Positions 1 to 8,135 of a DNA stretch of 42,636 bases are shown here, one piece after another. The notes below the pieces were generated by a model. The model saw nothing but the letters and a program-made list of their open reading frames with translations. It made no database searches and was not told where the DNA came from. A program made the position numbers and the translations under genes. This DNA is from Candidatus Eiseniibacteriota bacterium (GTDB lineage: Bacteria > Eisenbacteria > RBG-16-71-46), in the NCBI GenBank assembly GCA_044222065.1, contig JBGAOA010000039.1, positions 1 to 42,636 on the forward strand, given 5' to 3'. The number at the start of each line of letters is the position of its first letter. Positions within the stretch are counted from its first letter, which is position 1.

Positions 1-351
1 GAGCGAGTCCGCGTCGCCGTCGCGGTCGAGGTCGAGCGTCCAGCGGACGAGTTCGCGCGCGCCTTCGTCGCGCCCGTCGCCCGCCGGCAGCGCGAGCACG
101 ATCTCGAGCGAATCCGCGGCGCGCACCGCGGGCCCGCCGCCGCCCGAGGCGGGGCGCGCCGCGCGAACGTCCGAGGCGAGGCGCCCGAGCGCGGCGCGCA
201 CGGCGTCTCGCTCGTCGGGCTCGCGGGCGCCGCGCGGGCCGGGTCCGCCGCCGAGCAGCACCGTTCCGAGGGCGAGCGCGAGCACCGCTCCGAAGGAGAG
301 CGTGATGAGCAGCTCGCTCAGCGTGATGCCGGATTCGCGCGTCCGCGTCAT
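1..351 (-). CDS. Prepilin-type N-terminal cleavage/methylation domain protein (type IV pilin/pseudopilin-like), 3' end truncated by window edge
   Basis: Not in the ORF track. Manual translation from ATG at 351: MTRTRESG|ITLSELLITLSFGAVLALALGTVLL..., a class III signal peptide (G at -1, E at +5, hydrophobic helix). Frame stays open to base 1. Confidence 0.8.
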   Translation of the reverse strand, partial: MTRTRESGITLSELLITLSFGAVLALALGTVLLGGGPGPRGAREPDERDAVRAALGRLASDVRAARPASGGGGPAVRAADSLEIVLALPAGDGRDEGARELVRWTLDLDRDGDADSL

Positions 352-418
352 GGTTCGTCCCGTGGCCCCGAGGGCGCGGAGCGCCTCGGGATCGGGCGCC
401 GCGCCACGGGGGAGCGGG

Positions 419-433
419 GCAAGCGACGTGCCT
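419..433 (-). promoter_or_regulatory. Putative sigma-54 (-24/-12) promoter of the prepilin gene
   Basis: Minus strand AGGCACGTCGCTTGC = GGCAC-N5-TTGC with exact GG-N10-GC spacing, about 70 nt upstream of the ATG. Confidence 0.65.
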
Positions 434-466
434 CGTCCGGCGCGACCTCGCGCGAGGGGAAACCGC

Positions 467-487
467 CCGTTACGCGGCCGTTACGCG
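467..487. repeat. Tandem direct repeat CCGTTACGCG x2 (11-bp period)
   Basis: Exact copies at 467-476 and 478-487 in the prepilin upstream region. Confidence 0.6.
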
Positions 488-527
488 TGCGATCCGGGCC
501 GCGATCGGCGCGGCGGCGGCGGCGCTG

Positions 528-542
528 CGTGCAATCTGCACG
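528..542. promoter_or_regulatory. Palindromic candidate operator/UAS CGTGCA-atc-TGCACG
   Basis: Perfect 6-3-6 inverted repeat; related copies at 16883, 22128 and 31684. Confidence 0.55.
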
Positions 543-560
543 GCGCGCCGTGCGCGCCGC

Positions 561-1016
561 TCAGCGGCGGCCGGTGTGGCCGAAGCCGCCGGCGCCGCGA
601 GCCGTCTCGGAGAGGGCGTCGGTTTCCTCCCAGACGAGGCGCGGCACGCGCTGCAGCACGAGCTGCGCGATGCGGTCGCCGCGCGCGACGACGAACGGGG
701 ACGCGCCCAGGTTCTGCACGATCACGGTGAGTTCGCCGCGATAGTCGGAGTCGATCGTCGCGGGACTGTTCGGAAGCGTGATGCCGTGACGCGCGGCGAG
801 CCCCGAGCGCGGACGCACCTGGATCTCGAAGCCGGCGGGGATTTCGACCGAGAGGCCGGTCGGGACGCGCGCGATGCCCCCCGCCGGGATGTCGAGCGGC
901 TCGCGAACGGCGGCGCGCACGTCGAGGCCCGCGGCGCCCGGGGACTCGTAGGCCGGCAGCGGCAGGTCGAGTGCGTGTTCGAGGCGGCGGACGCGGACGC
1001 GGACTTCGTCGCTCAT
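561..1016 (-). CDS. dut: dUTP diphosphatase
   Basis: AGLD, RPRSGLA, TIDSDYRGE, RIAQL and RGAGGFGHTG motifs. Start MSDEV at 1016 with GGAG upstream. Confidence 0.97.
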   Translation of the reverse strand: MSDEVRVRVRRLEHALDLPLPAYESPGAAGLDVRAAVREPLDIPAGGIARVPTGLSVEIPAGFEIQVRPRSGLAARHGITLPNSPATIDSDYRGELTVIVQNLGASPFVVARGDRIAQLVLQRVPRLVWEETDALSETARGAGGFGHTGRR

Positions 1017-1173
1017 GCGGACTCTCCGGGAGGTGTGGATCGAGGGAGGCGCACTATACACGCGCGGACGGCGCGGGCGGGCCGCGATTGCCGGCGGCGC
1101 GGGCCGAGGGTAGCTTCGGCGCGCCGGGACGCCCGGCGCGTCCACCGCGTTCCTCCGTGCCCGCGAGGTCCTC

Positions 1174-3195
1174 ATGCCGACGTTCCGCCGATTCCTCTTC
1201 GCCGTCACACTCGTGCCGGCGCTCCTCGCTCCGCCGTCGCACGCGGCCGGCATTCCGGCGGCCGAGATCGCGAAGCTCGCCTTCCCGAGCGACGTGGCGC
1301 TGAGTCCCGACGGACGCACCGTCGCGTTCCTCGTCGCGACCGCGAGCTTCGACTCCGCTGCGAAGCCGTCGGACGACGACACGCAGGCCGGCTGGACGCG
1401 CGAGCGTCAGATCTGGATCGCCCCGCTCGCGGGCGGTCCGGCCCGGGAGCTGACGCACGCGAAGGAGCGCGCCGGAGAGCCGGTGTGGTCGCGCGACGGG
1501 CGCGAACTGCTGTTCGTACGGAGCGTGAAGGGCACGCCGAAACTCCAGCGCCTGCCGCTCGACGGCGGCGACGCGCAGACGATTCCGACCGGCGACGTCG
1601 AACCGGGGCGGCCGCGACTCTCGCCCGACGGGCGCTGGATCGCATTCACCGCCCCGTCGCCGACGAGCGAGGCCGAGCGACGGGCGCGGTGGAAGACCGG
1701 CGGCGTGATCGCGTGGGACCGCGAGTGGCGCGGCGAGCGGCTGTGGGTCGTGGCGCGGGAGGGCGGCGAGCCGCGCGCGATCACGAACGCGATCGAGAGC
1801 GTCGCGGACTTCGAGTGGTCGCCGGACGGCACGCGTTTCGCGGTGCTCGTCGCGTCGTCGGGGGATCCCTACGAAGTGTCGAACCGGCTCACGCCACGAA
1901 TCGTCTCGGCCCGGGACGGCGCGATCGTGCGCACGCTCGAACGCGCCCCGGGGTTCTACGTCGCACCGCGCTGGTCGCCCGACGGACGCTCGATCGCGCT
2001 CCTCGTCGCGCACGAGTCGCTGAGCCTGCTGAACGCGTTGCGGCTCTACGACGTCGCGAGCGGTGCGGCGCGCGATCTCGCGCCGGATCGCGACCGCGCG
2101 TTCGGCTCGATCGCGTGGTCGCCCGACTCGCGCTCCGTGTACGCTCGCACGCTCGAGCGGACGACGAGCGCGCTCGAGCGTTTCGCGATCGAGGGGGGCG
2201 CGCCCGTCGGGGTCGGTCCCGCCGACGTGTTCTTCGAGGACGACTTCGAGCTGCTCCCGGACGGCACCGGCGCGGTCGCCCTCGCTTCGACGAACCTCGA
2301 GCCGACGGACGTCCGGGTGCTCGACTTCGCGACGCGTCGCTCGCGCACGCTCACGCGCCTCAATCCGCAGGTCGCGGGCTGGCCGCTCGGGCCGACGGAG
2401 CGCGTCCGCTGGCGGAACGCCGAGGGCATCGAGATCGAGGGGCTGCTCACGCTGCCGCGCGGACTGCGCGCGGGCGCTCGGCCGCCGCTGTACGTGAACC
2501 CGCACGGCGGACCCGACGAGGTGTCGAGCGAACGCTTCTCGGCGACGACGCAGTTCTTCGCCTCGAACGGCTACGCCGTGCTGCGCCCGAACTACCGCGG
2601 CGGCTTCGGCTACGGGCACGCGTTCTACGCGGCGAACCGCGGACGCTTCGGCGAGATCGAGCAGATGGACATCGAGAGCGGCGTGGACGCCCTGATCGCG
2701 GCCGGGCGCGTGGATCCGGCGCGGCTCTTCTTCGGCGGCTGGTCGTGGGGCGGCTACATCAGCGCGTGGACGCTCACGCACGTCCAGCGCTACCGCGCGT
2801 TCGTCGTGGGCGCCGGCGTCAACGACGTGTTCGTGCAGTACAGCGTCTCCGACATCAACCACGGCGTCGCGGCCGAGTGGGAGTACCTCGGCAACCCCTG
2901 GCGCGAGACCGCGAACTTCGACCGCGTGAACCCGATCCGGTTCGTCCGGAACGCGAAGACGCCGACGCTGATCCTGCACGGCGAGGAGGACGACCGCGTG
3001 GGCTTCGTGTCGTCGGTCGAACTCTACCGAGCGCTCAGCGACCTCGGCGTCGAGACGGAATTCCACGCCTACCCGCGCGAGCGCCACCCGCTGCTCGAGC
3101 CGGCGCACCAGGTGCACCGCTTCGAGGTGTGGCTCGACTGGTTCGCGCGGCACGGCGGGCCGGGGCCGCGCCGGACGGCGACGCGCGCGAACTAG
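1174..3195 (+). CDS. S9 family peptidase (prolyl oligopeptidase/acylaminoacyl peptidase-like), exported
   Basis: Signal peptide, WSPDG/PD40 propeller repeats, PHGGP, NYRGG, nucleophile GWSWGG, HGEEDDRV (Asp), ERH (His). Confidence 0.93.
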   Translation: MPTFRRFLFAVTLVPALLAPPSHAAGIPAAEIAKLAFPSDVALSPDGRTVAFLVATASFDSAAKPSDDDTQAGWTRERQIWIAPLAGGPARELTHAKERAGEPVWSRDGRELLFVRSVKGTPKLQRLPLDGGDAQTIPTGDVEPGRPRLSPDGRWIAFTAPSPTSEAERRARWKTGGVIAWDREWRGERLWVVAREGGEPRAITNAIESVADFEWSPDGTRFAVLVASSGDPYEVSNRLTPRIVSARDGAIVRTLERAPGFYVAPRWSPDGRSIALLVAHESLSLLNALRLYDVASGAARDLAPDRDRAFGSIAWSPDSRSVYARTLERTTSALERFAIEGGAPVGVGPADVFFEDDFELLPDGTGAVALASTNLEPTDVRVLDFATRRSRTLTRLNPQVAGWPLGPTERVRWRNAEGIEIEGLLTLPRGLRAGARPPLYVNPHGGPDEVSSERFSATTQFFASNGYAVLRPNYRGGFGYGHAFYAANRGRFGEIEQMDIESGVDALIAAGRVDPARLFFGGWSWGGYISAWTLTHVQRYRAFVVGAGVNDVFVQYSVSDINHGVAAEWEYLGNPWRETANFDRVNPIRFVRNAKTPTLILHGEEDDRVGFVSSVELYRALSDLGVETEFHAYPRERHPLLEPAHQVHRFEVWLDWFARHGGPGPRRTATRAN

Positions 3196-3671
3196 GGAAC
3201 GAACAGGGTCAGGCGTCCGGGCGGATACCCCTCGACCGCGCCTTCGAGGTCGAGGCGCGCGCCCGGCTTGTCGAGCACGGCGGTGACCGCCGCGGGGACG
3301 TCCGCCTTCGGCGGCACGATCTCGGTCAGCGCGACGTGCGCGTCGCCGCGGTCGTTGAAGAGCCCCGCCGCGATGTTCAGAACCTCGTGCGCGTTCTCCG
3401 TCAGGCGCTCGGTCAGCTCGCCGTCCTGCGCGCACTCCTTCACGACGTCGGCGGGGATCATCGTGAGCGCGGCGCCCACCCCCGCGGCGAACGCGACGTC
3501 GCACGCGATCGTGACGCCGAGAGCTCCGTCGTCGCTGCGATACACGGCGACGAGGCCCGGCGTGACCTTCGCGCGCGCGATCGGTCCAACCGACTTGAGC
3601 TGTACGTTCCGGCCGGTCAGGGAGTGGATCAGCGCGGACACCTGCTGGACCGTGGGCAGCGCCCGACTCAT
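3192..3671 (-). CDS. CheX/CheC-like putative CheY phosphatase
   Basis: 159 aa with ExxN motif (ENAHEVLNIAAGLF); last gene of the che cluster; GAGG RBS. Confidence 0.6.
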   Translation of the reverse strand: MSRALPTVQQVSALIHSLTGRNVQLKSVGPIARAKVTPGLVAVYRSDDGALGVTIACDVAFAAGVGAALTMIPADVVKECAQDGELTERLTENAHEVLNIAAGLFNDRGDAHVALTEIVPPKADVPAAVTAVLDKPGARLDLEGAVEGYPPGRLTLFVP

Positions 3672-3719
3672 GTGAGGTCCTCCGAACGTCGCGGGGCGGG
3701 GTGACGGAGCATCGCCGGC

Positions 3720-5141
3720 TCAGGCCGCCCGGGCCCTGCGCCGGGCCTCGGGCGATTCGAGGCCGGTGGAATCCTCCCAGCGGCACGTGCGCCCGAGTTC
3801 CAGCTGGCTCGTGATGTCGCTCACGCGTTCCGCCTGCTCGGTGAGGGTCATCGCGGTCGCGGTGAGCTGCTCGGCCTGGGCCGCCGAGCGCTGCGTGAAC
3901 TGGTCCATGTCGCCGAGCGCCGAATTGACGCCGCGCACGCCCTGCGCCTGCTCGTTCGCAGCGACGGCGATGTGCTCCACCATGCGCGCCACGTGCTTCA
4001 CGCGCTCGGCGCCGGCATCCACGGACGCGACGGCGGTCTCGATCAGTGCCTTGATCTCGCGCGCGGCGGTCGCGCTGCGTCCGGCTAGCGAGCGCACCTC
4101 GCTCGCGACGACCGCGAAGCCGCGACCCTGCTCGCCGGCGCGCGCGGCTTCGACGGCGGCGTTCAGCGCCAGCAGATTCGTCTGGAACGCGATCTCGTCG
4201 ATGAGCCCGACGATCCCCGCGATCTCCTTGGAGGACGTCTTGATCTGCTCGATCGCGTCCACGGCTGAGAGCTCGCGCACGCCGGACGCCGACGTTCCGG
4301 ACGTGACGGCGAGCCGGCTCGCCTCGCGCGCGTCCGCCGCGCTGCGGTCCACGGTCGCCGAGATTTCGTGCATCGAGGCCGCCGTTTCCTCGAGGGAAGA
4401 GGCCTGACGCTGGACGTCGGTCGAGAGCGTCTCGGCGGCGGCCGACAGCTCGTGGCTCGCGCGCCCGAGTTCGCGGCTCGCGTCGCACAGTCCTTCGAGC
4501 GCGCCGCGAATGCCGCCCTTCAGCTGGGCATAGGCGTCCGAGATGTCGAGCGCGGAGTTCGGGAGCTCGATCGTGTCCATGCGCAGCCCGACCGTCCGGT
4601 ACATGTCGAAGACGAAGCCGTCCACGACGGCCTGCATGTCGTAGTTGAACGCGACCTGGATGGAGCGTTCGGCGCGATGACGTCGGGCGAAGTCGAACGG
4701 GAAGCTGCGGGCGAGGTGCTTGCGGACGAGGTCGAAGTACATCGCGTAGCTGCCCATGTACCACTTGAGCGGCAGGTCGATCTGGAAGTGGAGCAGGCCG
4801 ACCGCGAGCCGCTTGTCGATGTACGCGGCGCCGAAGCCTCCCGACGACCGGGCCTCGGCGAAGATCTCGACGAAGTAGTTCGCCTGCGCACGCTCGAGTC
4901 CCTCGCGAAGAGTCTGGAGCGAGACGCCCTTCTTCTCGGCCACGCGCACGAAGAACGCCCGCGTGGGGGCGAACTCGAACTGGTGGTCGTAGAACTCGTG
5001 CGCGATCGCCGGCGCGACCCCGCGGGCCCAGTCGTGCAGCGATGCGAGCGTCCGCACGTCCCGGTCGTCGAAGCGCATGAACGCGCGCCGCAGCGCGAGG
5101 TTCTCTTCGTTGAACCGGAAGGTCTGGGAGAGCTGGGACAC
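3720..5141 (-). CDS. Globin-coupled soluble chemoreceptor (protoglobin/HemAT-like + MCP signalling domain)
   Basis: N-terminal sensor globin ([17 protein letters not shown] proximal His; WYMGSY), no TM helix, [30 protein letters not shown] tip. GTG start at 5141 with AAAGGA RBS. Confidence 0.9.
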   Translation of the reverse strand: MSQLSQTFRFNEENLALRRAFMRFDDRDVRTLASLHDWARGVAPAIAHEFYDHQFEFAPTRAFFVRVAEKKGVSLQTLREGLERAQANYFVEIFAEARSSGGFGAAYIDKRLAVGLLHFQIDLPLKWYMGSYAMYFDLVRKHLARSFPFDFARRHRAERSIQVAFNYDMQAVVDGFVFDMYRTVGLRMDTIELPNSALDISDAYAQLKGGIRGALEGLCDASRELGRASHELSAAAETLSTDVQRQASSLEETAASMHEISATVDRSAADAREASRLAVTSGTSASGVRELSAVDAIEQIKTSSKEIAGIVGLIDEIAFQTNLLALNAAVEAARAGEQGRGFAVVASEVRSLAGRSATAAREIKALIETAVASVDAGAERVKHVARMVEHIAVAANEQAQGVRGVNSALGDMDQFTQRSAAQAEQLTATAMTLTEQAERVSDITSQLELGRTCRWEDSTGLESPEARRRARAA

Positions 5142-5174
5142 GGCTTCGTCCTTTCGAGTGGGAGGCTTCGGGAA

Positions 5175-5201
5175 GTCTCGGTTTCGGGCGACTTCGATTG
5201 A
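5175..5201 (-). promoter_or_regulatory. Putative sigma-28 (FliA)-type promoter
   Basis: Minus strand TCAA-N15-ACCGAGAC upstream of the globin-coupled receptor. Confidence 0.55.
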
Positions 5202-5277
5202 GGGGTGGAGTTCGCCGGCCCCGGAGCGGCGCTTTCGCGTCACCGCTCGAAGGGCGGCGGCTCCCCGGCGTCCGCGC

Positions 5278-5637
5278 TCAGGCCGCTTCCTGGATGGCCT
5301 GCTTGAACGCGTCGGCCGTGAAGGGCTTCGCGATCAGGAACTGGGCGCCCGCATCCTTCACCTTCTGACGCATCTCCGCCGTGCCCTCCGTCGTCACGAA
5401 TCCGAACGGCACGTTCACGTTCGCCTGCCGGAGCGCCGCGAGCAGTTCCATGCCGGTCAGGCCGGGCATGTGCCAGTCGGAGAGCACGAGGTCCGGAGGG
5501 CTCTTCGTGATCGCTTCGAGCGCGTCCTTGCCGTTCGCGGCTTCCTCGATGGTGTGATCGCCGTATCCGGCCTCGCGCAGCGCCCGCTTCACGAGCATGC
5601 GCATGGCCATGCTGTCGTCCACGATGAAGATTCTCAC
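5278..5637 (-). CDS. cheY: Single-domain CheY-like response regulator
   Basis: VRIFIVDDS...LSDWHMP...VTTEG...IAKPF, 119 aa. GTG start overlaps the cheX stop (GTGA). Confidence 0.88.
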   Translation of the reverse strand: MRIFIVDDSMAMRMLVKRALREAGYGDHTIEEAANGKDALEAITKSPPDLVLSDWHMPGLTGMELLAALRQANVNVPFGFVTTEGTAEMRQKVKDAGAQFLIAKPFTADAFKQAIQEAA

Positions 5638-6128
5638 GCCGCCTCCTTTCGGGCATCGGTCGCCGGGTGGTGCCGGCTCGACGCGACGCGCACGTGTTCG
5701 TAGAGCCGCACCCAGATCGGCTCGCCTTCGCAAGTGAAACTGCGGTCCTCGATCGCCCGCACGTCGGGGACGAAGACGTGGTGTCCGTCGCCCTCGACGA
5801 CGGTCGGCAGCGAGAGCGCGCTCGTGCCGGTCATCTGCCCCTTGACCTGGCCGGCGAGGATGTTCGCCATCTCGCCGAACGCGTCGTGCACCATTTCGGG
5901 GGCGACGTCCTCGGGGGGCAGGTCGAACATCGCGGCCGTGACCCGGCGCGCGAGCCGCTGGGTCGCGCACAGCATGATGAGTCCCTGCCAGTCCCCGGTG
6001 ATGTGCACGAACGCGGACAGTTCCGGCTGCAGGTCCGGGCCGAACGCGGCGCCCTCGATGCCGAGCGTGAGGGTGGCGGTCCACGTCTCGGAGACGCTTC
6101 CCAGGTAGGACGTCGGCGATCCGCTCAT
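5634..6128 (-). CDS. cheX: Chemotaxis phosphatase CheX
   Basis: VHITGDWQG, DAFGEMANILAGQVK (ExxN) and LSLPTVVEG, typical of CheX. ATG at 6128. Confidence 0.87.
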   Translation of the reverse strand: MSGSPTSYLGSVSETWTATLTLGIEGAAFGPDLQPELSAFVHITGDWQGLIMLCATQRLARRVTAAMFDLPPEDVAPEMVHDAFGEMANILAGQVKGQMTGTSALSLPTVVEGDGHHVFVPDVRAIEDRSFTCEGEPIWVRLYEHVRVASSRHHPATDARKEAA

Positions 6129-6961
6129 TGCTGTTCCTCCGGTTCCGCGGCCATGGGTGCGCGCACCCCCGCCCACGAGCGGCTCCCGCCGACCGTGAGC
6201 CCGAACCACACCTTCGCGTCTCGTTCGCGTCCCGGTGCCACGATGCGCGCGTACGGGTCGCGGGCGACCATCGCGTGCACGCTCGGCGACAACGTCGCCG
6301 CGCCGAGCACGAACGAACTCGTCGCCGACAGGTCGACGTGCGTGAGCCCCGCCTCGGCGAACGTCGCGAGCTGGCCGGAGTGGACCTCCTGGCCCGCCGA
6401 CCAGCCGGCGGTCAGGCCGAGCTCCGGTGTCCACGACGCGTGCAGGGGCGGCGTCCACGCGAGTGCACCCTCGAGGTAGGCGCCTTCGATCTTCTGCACG
6501 TCCAGATAGCCGGCGAGCCGCGACTTCACGACACCGGGACGGTCGATGCGGGCGAACAGCTCCAGCGTGTTCGCGGCCGACGTGCTGCCCGCGTCGTTCG
6601 GGAACACGTAGCCGATCGTTCCGAACGCGACCGCCGCGGGGCCCAGCGCGCCGTCGAACTCCGCGGTGAGGTCGACTTCGCTCGGTCCGGATTCGTTGCC
6701 GAGCGACTGGCTGAGCTCGTTCGTCCCGCGGTAGCGGGCGGGCTCGACGTTCGCCCATGCTGTGAAGACGCCCGCGAAGCGGTCATTCCCGATCCGCAGC
6801 GACGCGTCGGGCTGAAGCACCGGGCGATTCGTGAGCGTGACGCCACGCCCGACGTAGGACGAGAGCGCGGCGGCGTGTGACGAGAGCACGACCTCGGCGG
6901 CGGCGACGCGGGCGTTCGCGGCGGCGGCGAGCGCGATCAGGACGGCGGGATGGATTCTCAT
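6125..6961 (-). CDS. TorF/Gcw_chp-like putative outer-membrane beta-barrel porin
   Basis: Signal peptide then SSYVGRGVTLTNRPVLQP, EVDL and GYVFP; alternating beta-strand pattern. ATG at 6961 with GAGGGAG RBS. Confidence 0.65.
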   Translation of the reverse strand: MRIHPAVLIALAAAANARVAAAEVVLSSHAAALSSYVGRGVTLTNRPVLQPDASLRIGNDRFAGVFTAWANVEPARYRGTNELSQSLGNESGPSEVDLTAEFDGALGPAAVAFGTIGYVFPNDAGSTSAANTLELFARIDRPGVVKSRLAGYLDVQKIEGAYLEGALAWTPPLHASWTPELGLTAGWSAGQEVHSGQLATFAEAGLTHVDLSATSSFVLGAATLSPSVHAMVARDPYARIVAPGRERDAKVWFGLTVGGSRSWAGVRAPMAAEPEEQQ

Positions 6962-6980
6962 GGCGTGGACTCCCTCGTGG

Positions 6981-8135
6981 TCAGGCGGCCTTGCGGCCCC
7001 CCACAGGGCCCCGAGGGCGGTCGAGGCCGGCTTCGGCGAGCAGACGCAACAGGGTGGATGTGATGTCGGTGAGCGACGCCACGACCTCGACGCCTCCCTG
7101 CAGGACGGCTTCGCGCGGCATGCCATAGACGACGCAACTCGGTTCGTCCTGGGCGACCGTGCGCGCGCCGGCGTCGCGCATCGCGCGCAGGCCGCGCGCG
7201 CCGTCGGCGCCCATTCCGGTGAGGATCGCGGCGACGGCGTTCGCGCCGAGGCTCTTCGCGCACGACTCGAACAGCACGTCCACCGACGGACGGTGGTATC
7301 CGACGGGCGGATCGGAGTTGAGCCGGACGACGGCGCTCGCGCCGTCGCGGACGACGACCATGTGCTGGTCGCCCGGCGCAATCAGAACGTGACCGGGGAT
7401 CACGCGGTCGCCGTGTTCGGCCTCTTTCACGCGCACGCGGCAGACGCCGTCCAGCCGGTTGGCGAACGCGCGCGTGAAGCCCGCGGGCATGTGCTGGACG
7501 ATCACCGTGCCCGGCGCGTCGGCCGGGAGCTCGCGAAGCACCGTGAGCAGCGCTTCGGTGCCGCCGGTGGACGCGCCGATCGCGATGACCTTGTGCGTCG
7601 CTCCGTTCAGGAGCGGATGCACGAACGCCCTGGGTGGCGCAACGCCCGCAGCCGCGGGCGGCGGCGCCGCCGGACGGCGCGGTCGCGCGCACGCCGCGGC
7701 CTTCACCTTCTCGACGATCTCTTGGCCGAGCGCCTGAGTTCCGCGGTCGATGTCGAGCTTCGGCTTCGTCACGATGTCCACGGCGCCGAGCTCGAGGGCC
7801 CGCAGGGCGGTCTCGCAGCCCTGCTCCGTGAGGGCCGAGATCATCACGACGGGGGTCGGGTTCTCGCGCATGAGCTTCTCGAGGAACGTGAGTCCGTCCA
7901 TGCGCGGCATTTCGACGTCGAGCGTCAGCACGTCGGGCGGGTCCGTGCGCATCCGCGTCTCGGCTGCGACGGGATCGCCCGCCGTGCCGATGACCTCGAT
8001 CGCGGGATCGCGGGAGAGGATGCGGCGCAGCACCTCGCGCATGAGCGCGGAATCGTCCACGACCAGCACCCGGATCTTGCGGCCCTGCGCGGCGCCGCCG
8101 GGCGTGCACGTGAGAGACGGACGCTTCGCGTCCAT
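6981..8135 (-). CDS. cheB: Chemotaxis response regulator protein-glutamate methylesterase
   Basis: REC domain (VVDDS, LDVEMP) plus esterase motifs GASTGG, VQHM and ILTGMGADG. Start overlaps the upstream stop (TAATG). Confidence 0.96.
   Translation of the reverse strand: MDAKRPSLTCTPGGAAQGRKIRVLVVDDSALMREVLRRILSRDPAIEVIGTAGDPVAAETRMRTDPPDVLTLDVEMPRMDGLTFLEKLMRENPTPVVMISALTEQGCETALRALELGAVDIVTKPKLDIDRGTQALGQEIVEKVKAAACARPRRPAAPPPAAAGVAPPRAFVHPLLNGATHKVIAIGASTGGTEALLTVLRELPADAPGTVIVQHMPAGFTRAFANRLDGVCRVRVKEAEHGDRVIPGHVLIAPGDQHMVVVRDGASAVVRLNSDPPVGYHRPSVDVLFESCAKSLGANAVAAILTGMGADGARGLRAMRDAGARTVAQDEPSCVVYGMPREAVLQGGVEVVASLTDITSTLLRLLAEAGLDRPRGPVGGRKAA

Noticed and set aside
1017..1382. N-terminal extensions in the ORF track for dut (also cheB, cheW, cheY, cheX, antiporter, glnS, osmC, trxA)
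   Set aside because: Extensions overlap neighbouring genes or lack family similarity; downstream starts fit family N-termini and most have an RBS or stop/start overlap.
576..4764. Very long alternative-frame ORFs (576-3704 +, 1054-4764 -; likewise 16809-19337, 25310-28324, 31768-36297, 37744-41487, 37814-41293)
   Set aside because: Arg/Ala/Gly-rich shadow frames overlapping well-supported genes; expected where high GC makes stop codons rare; no motifs.
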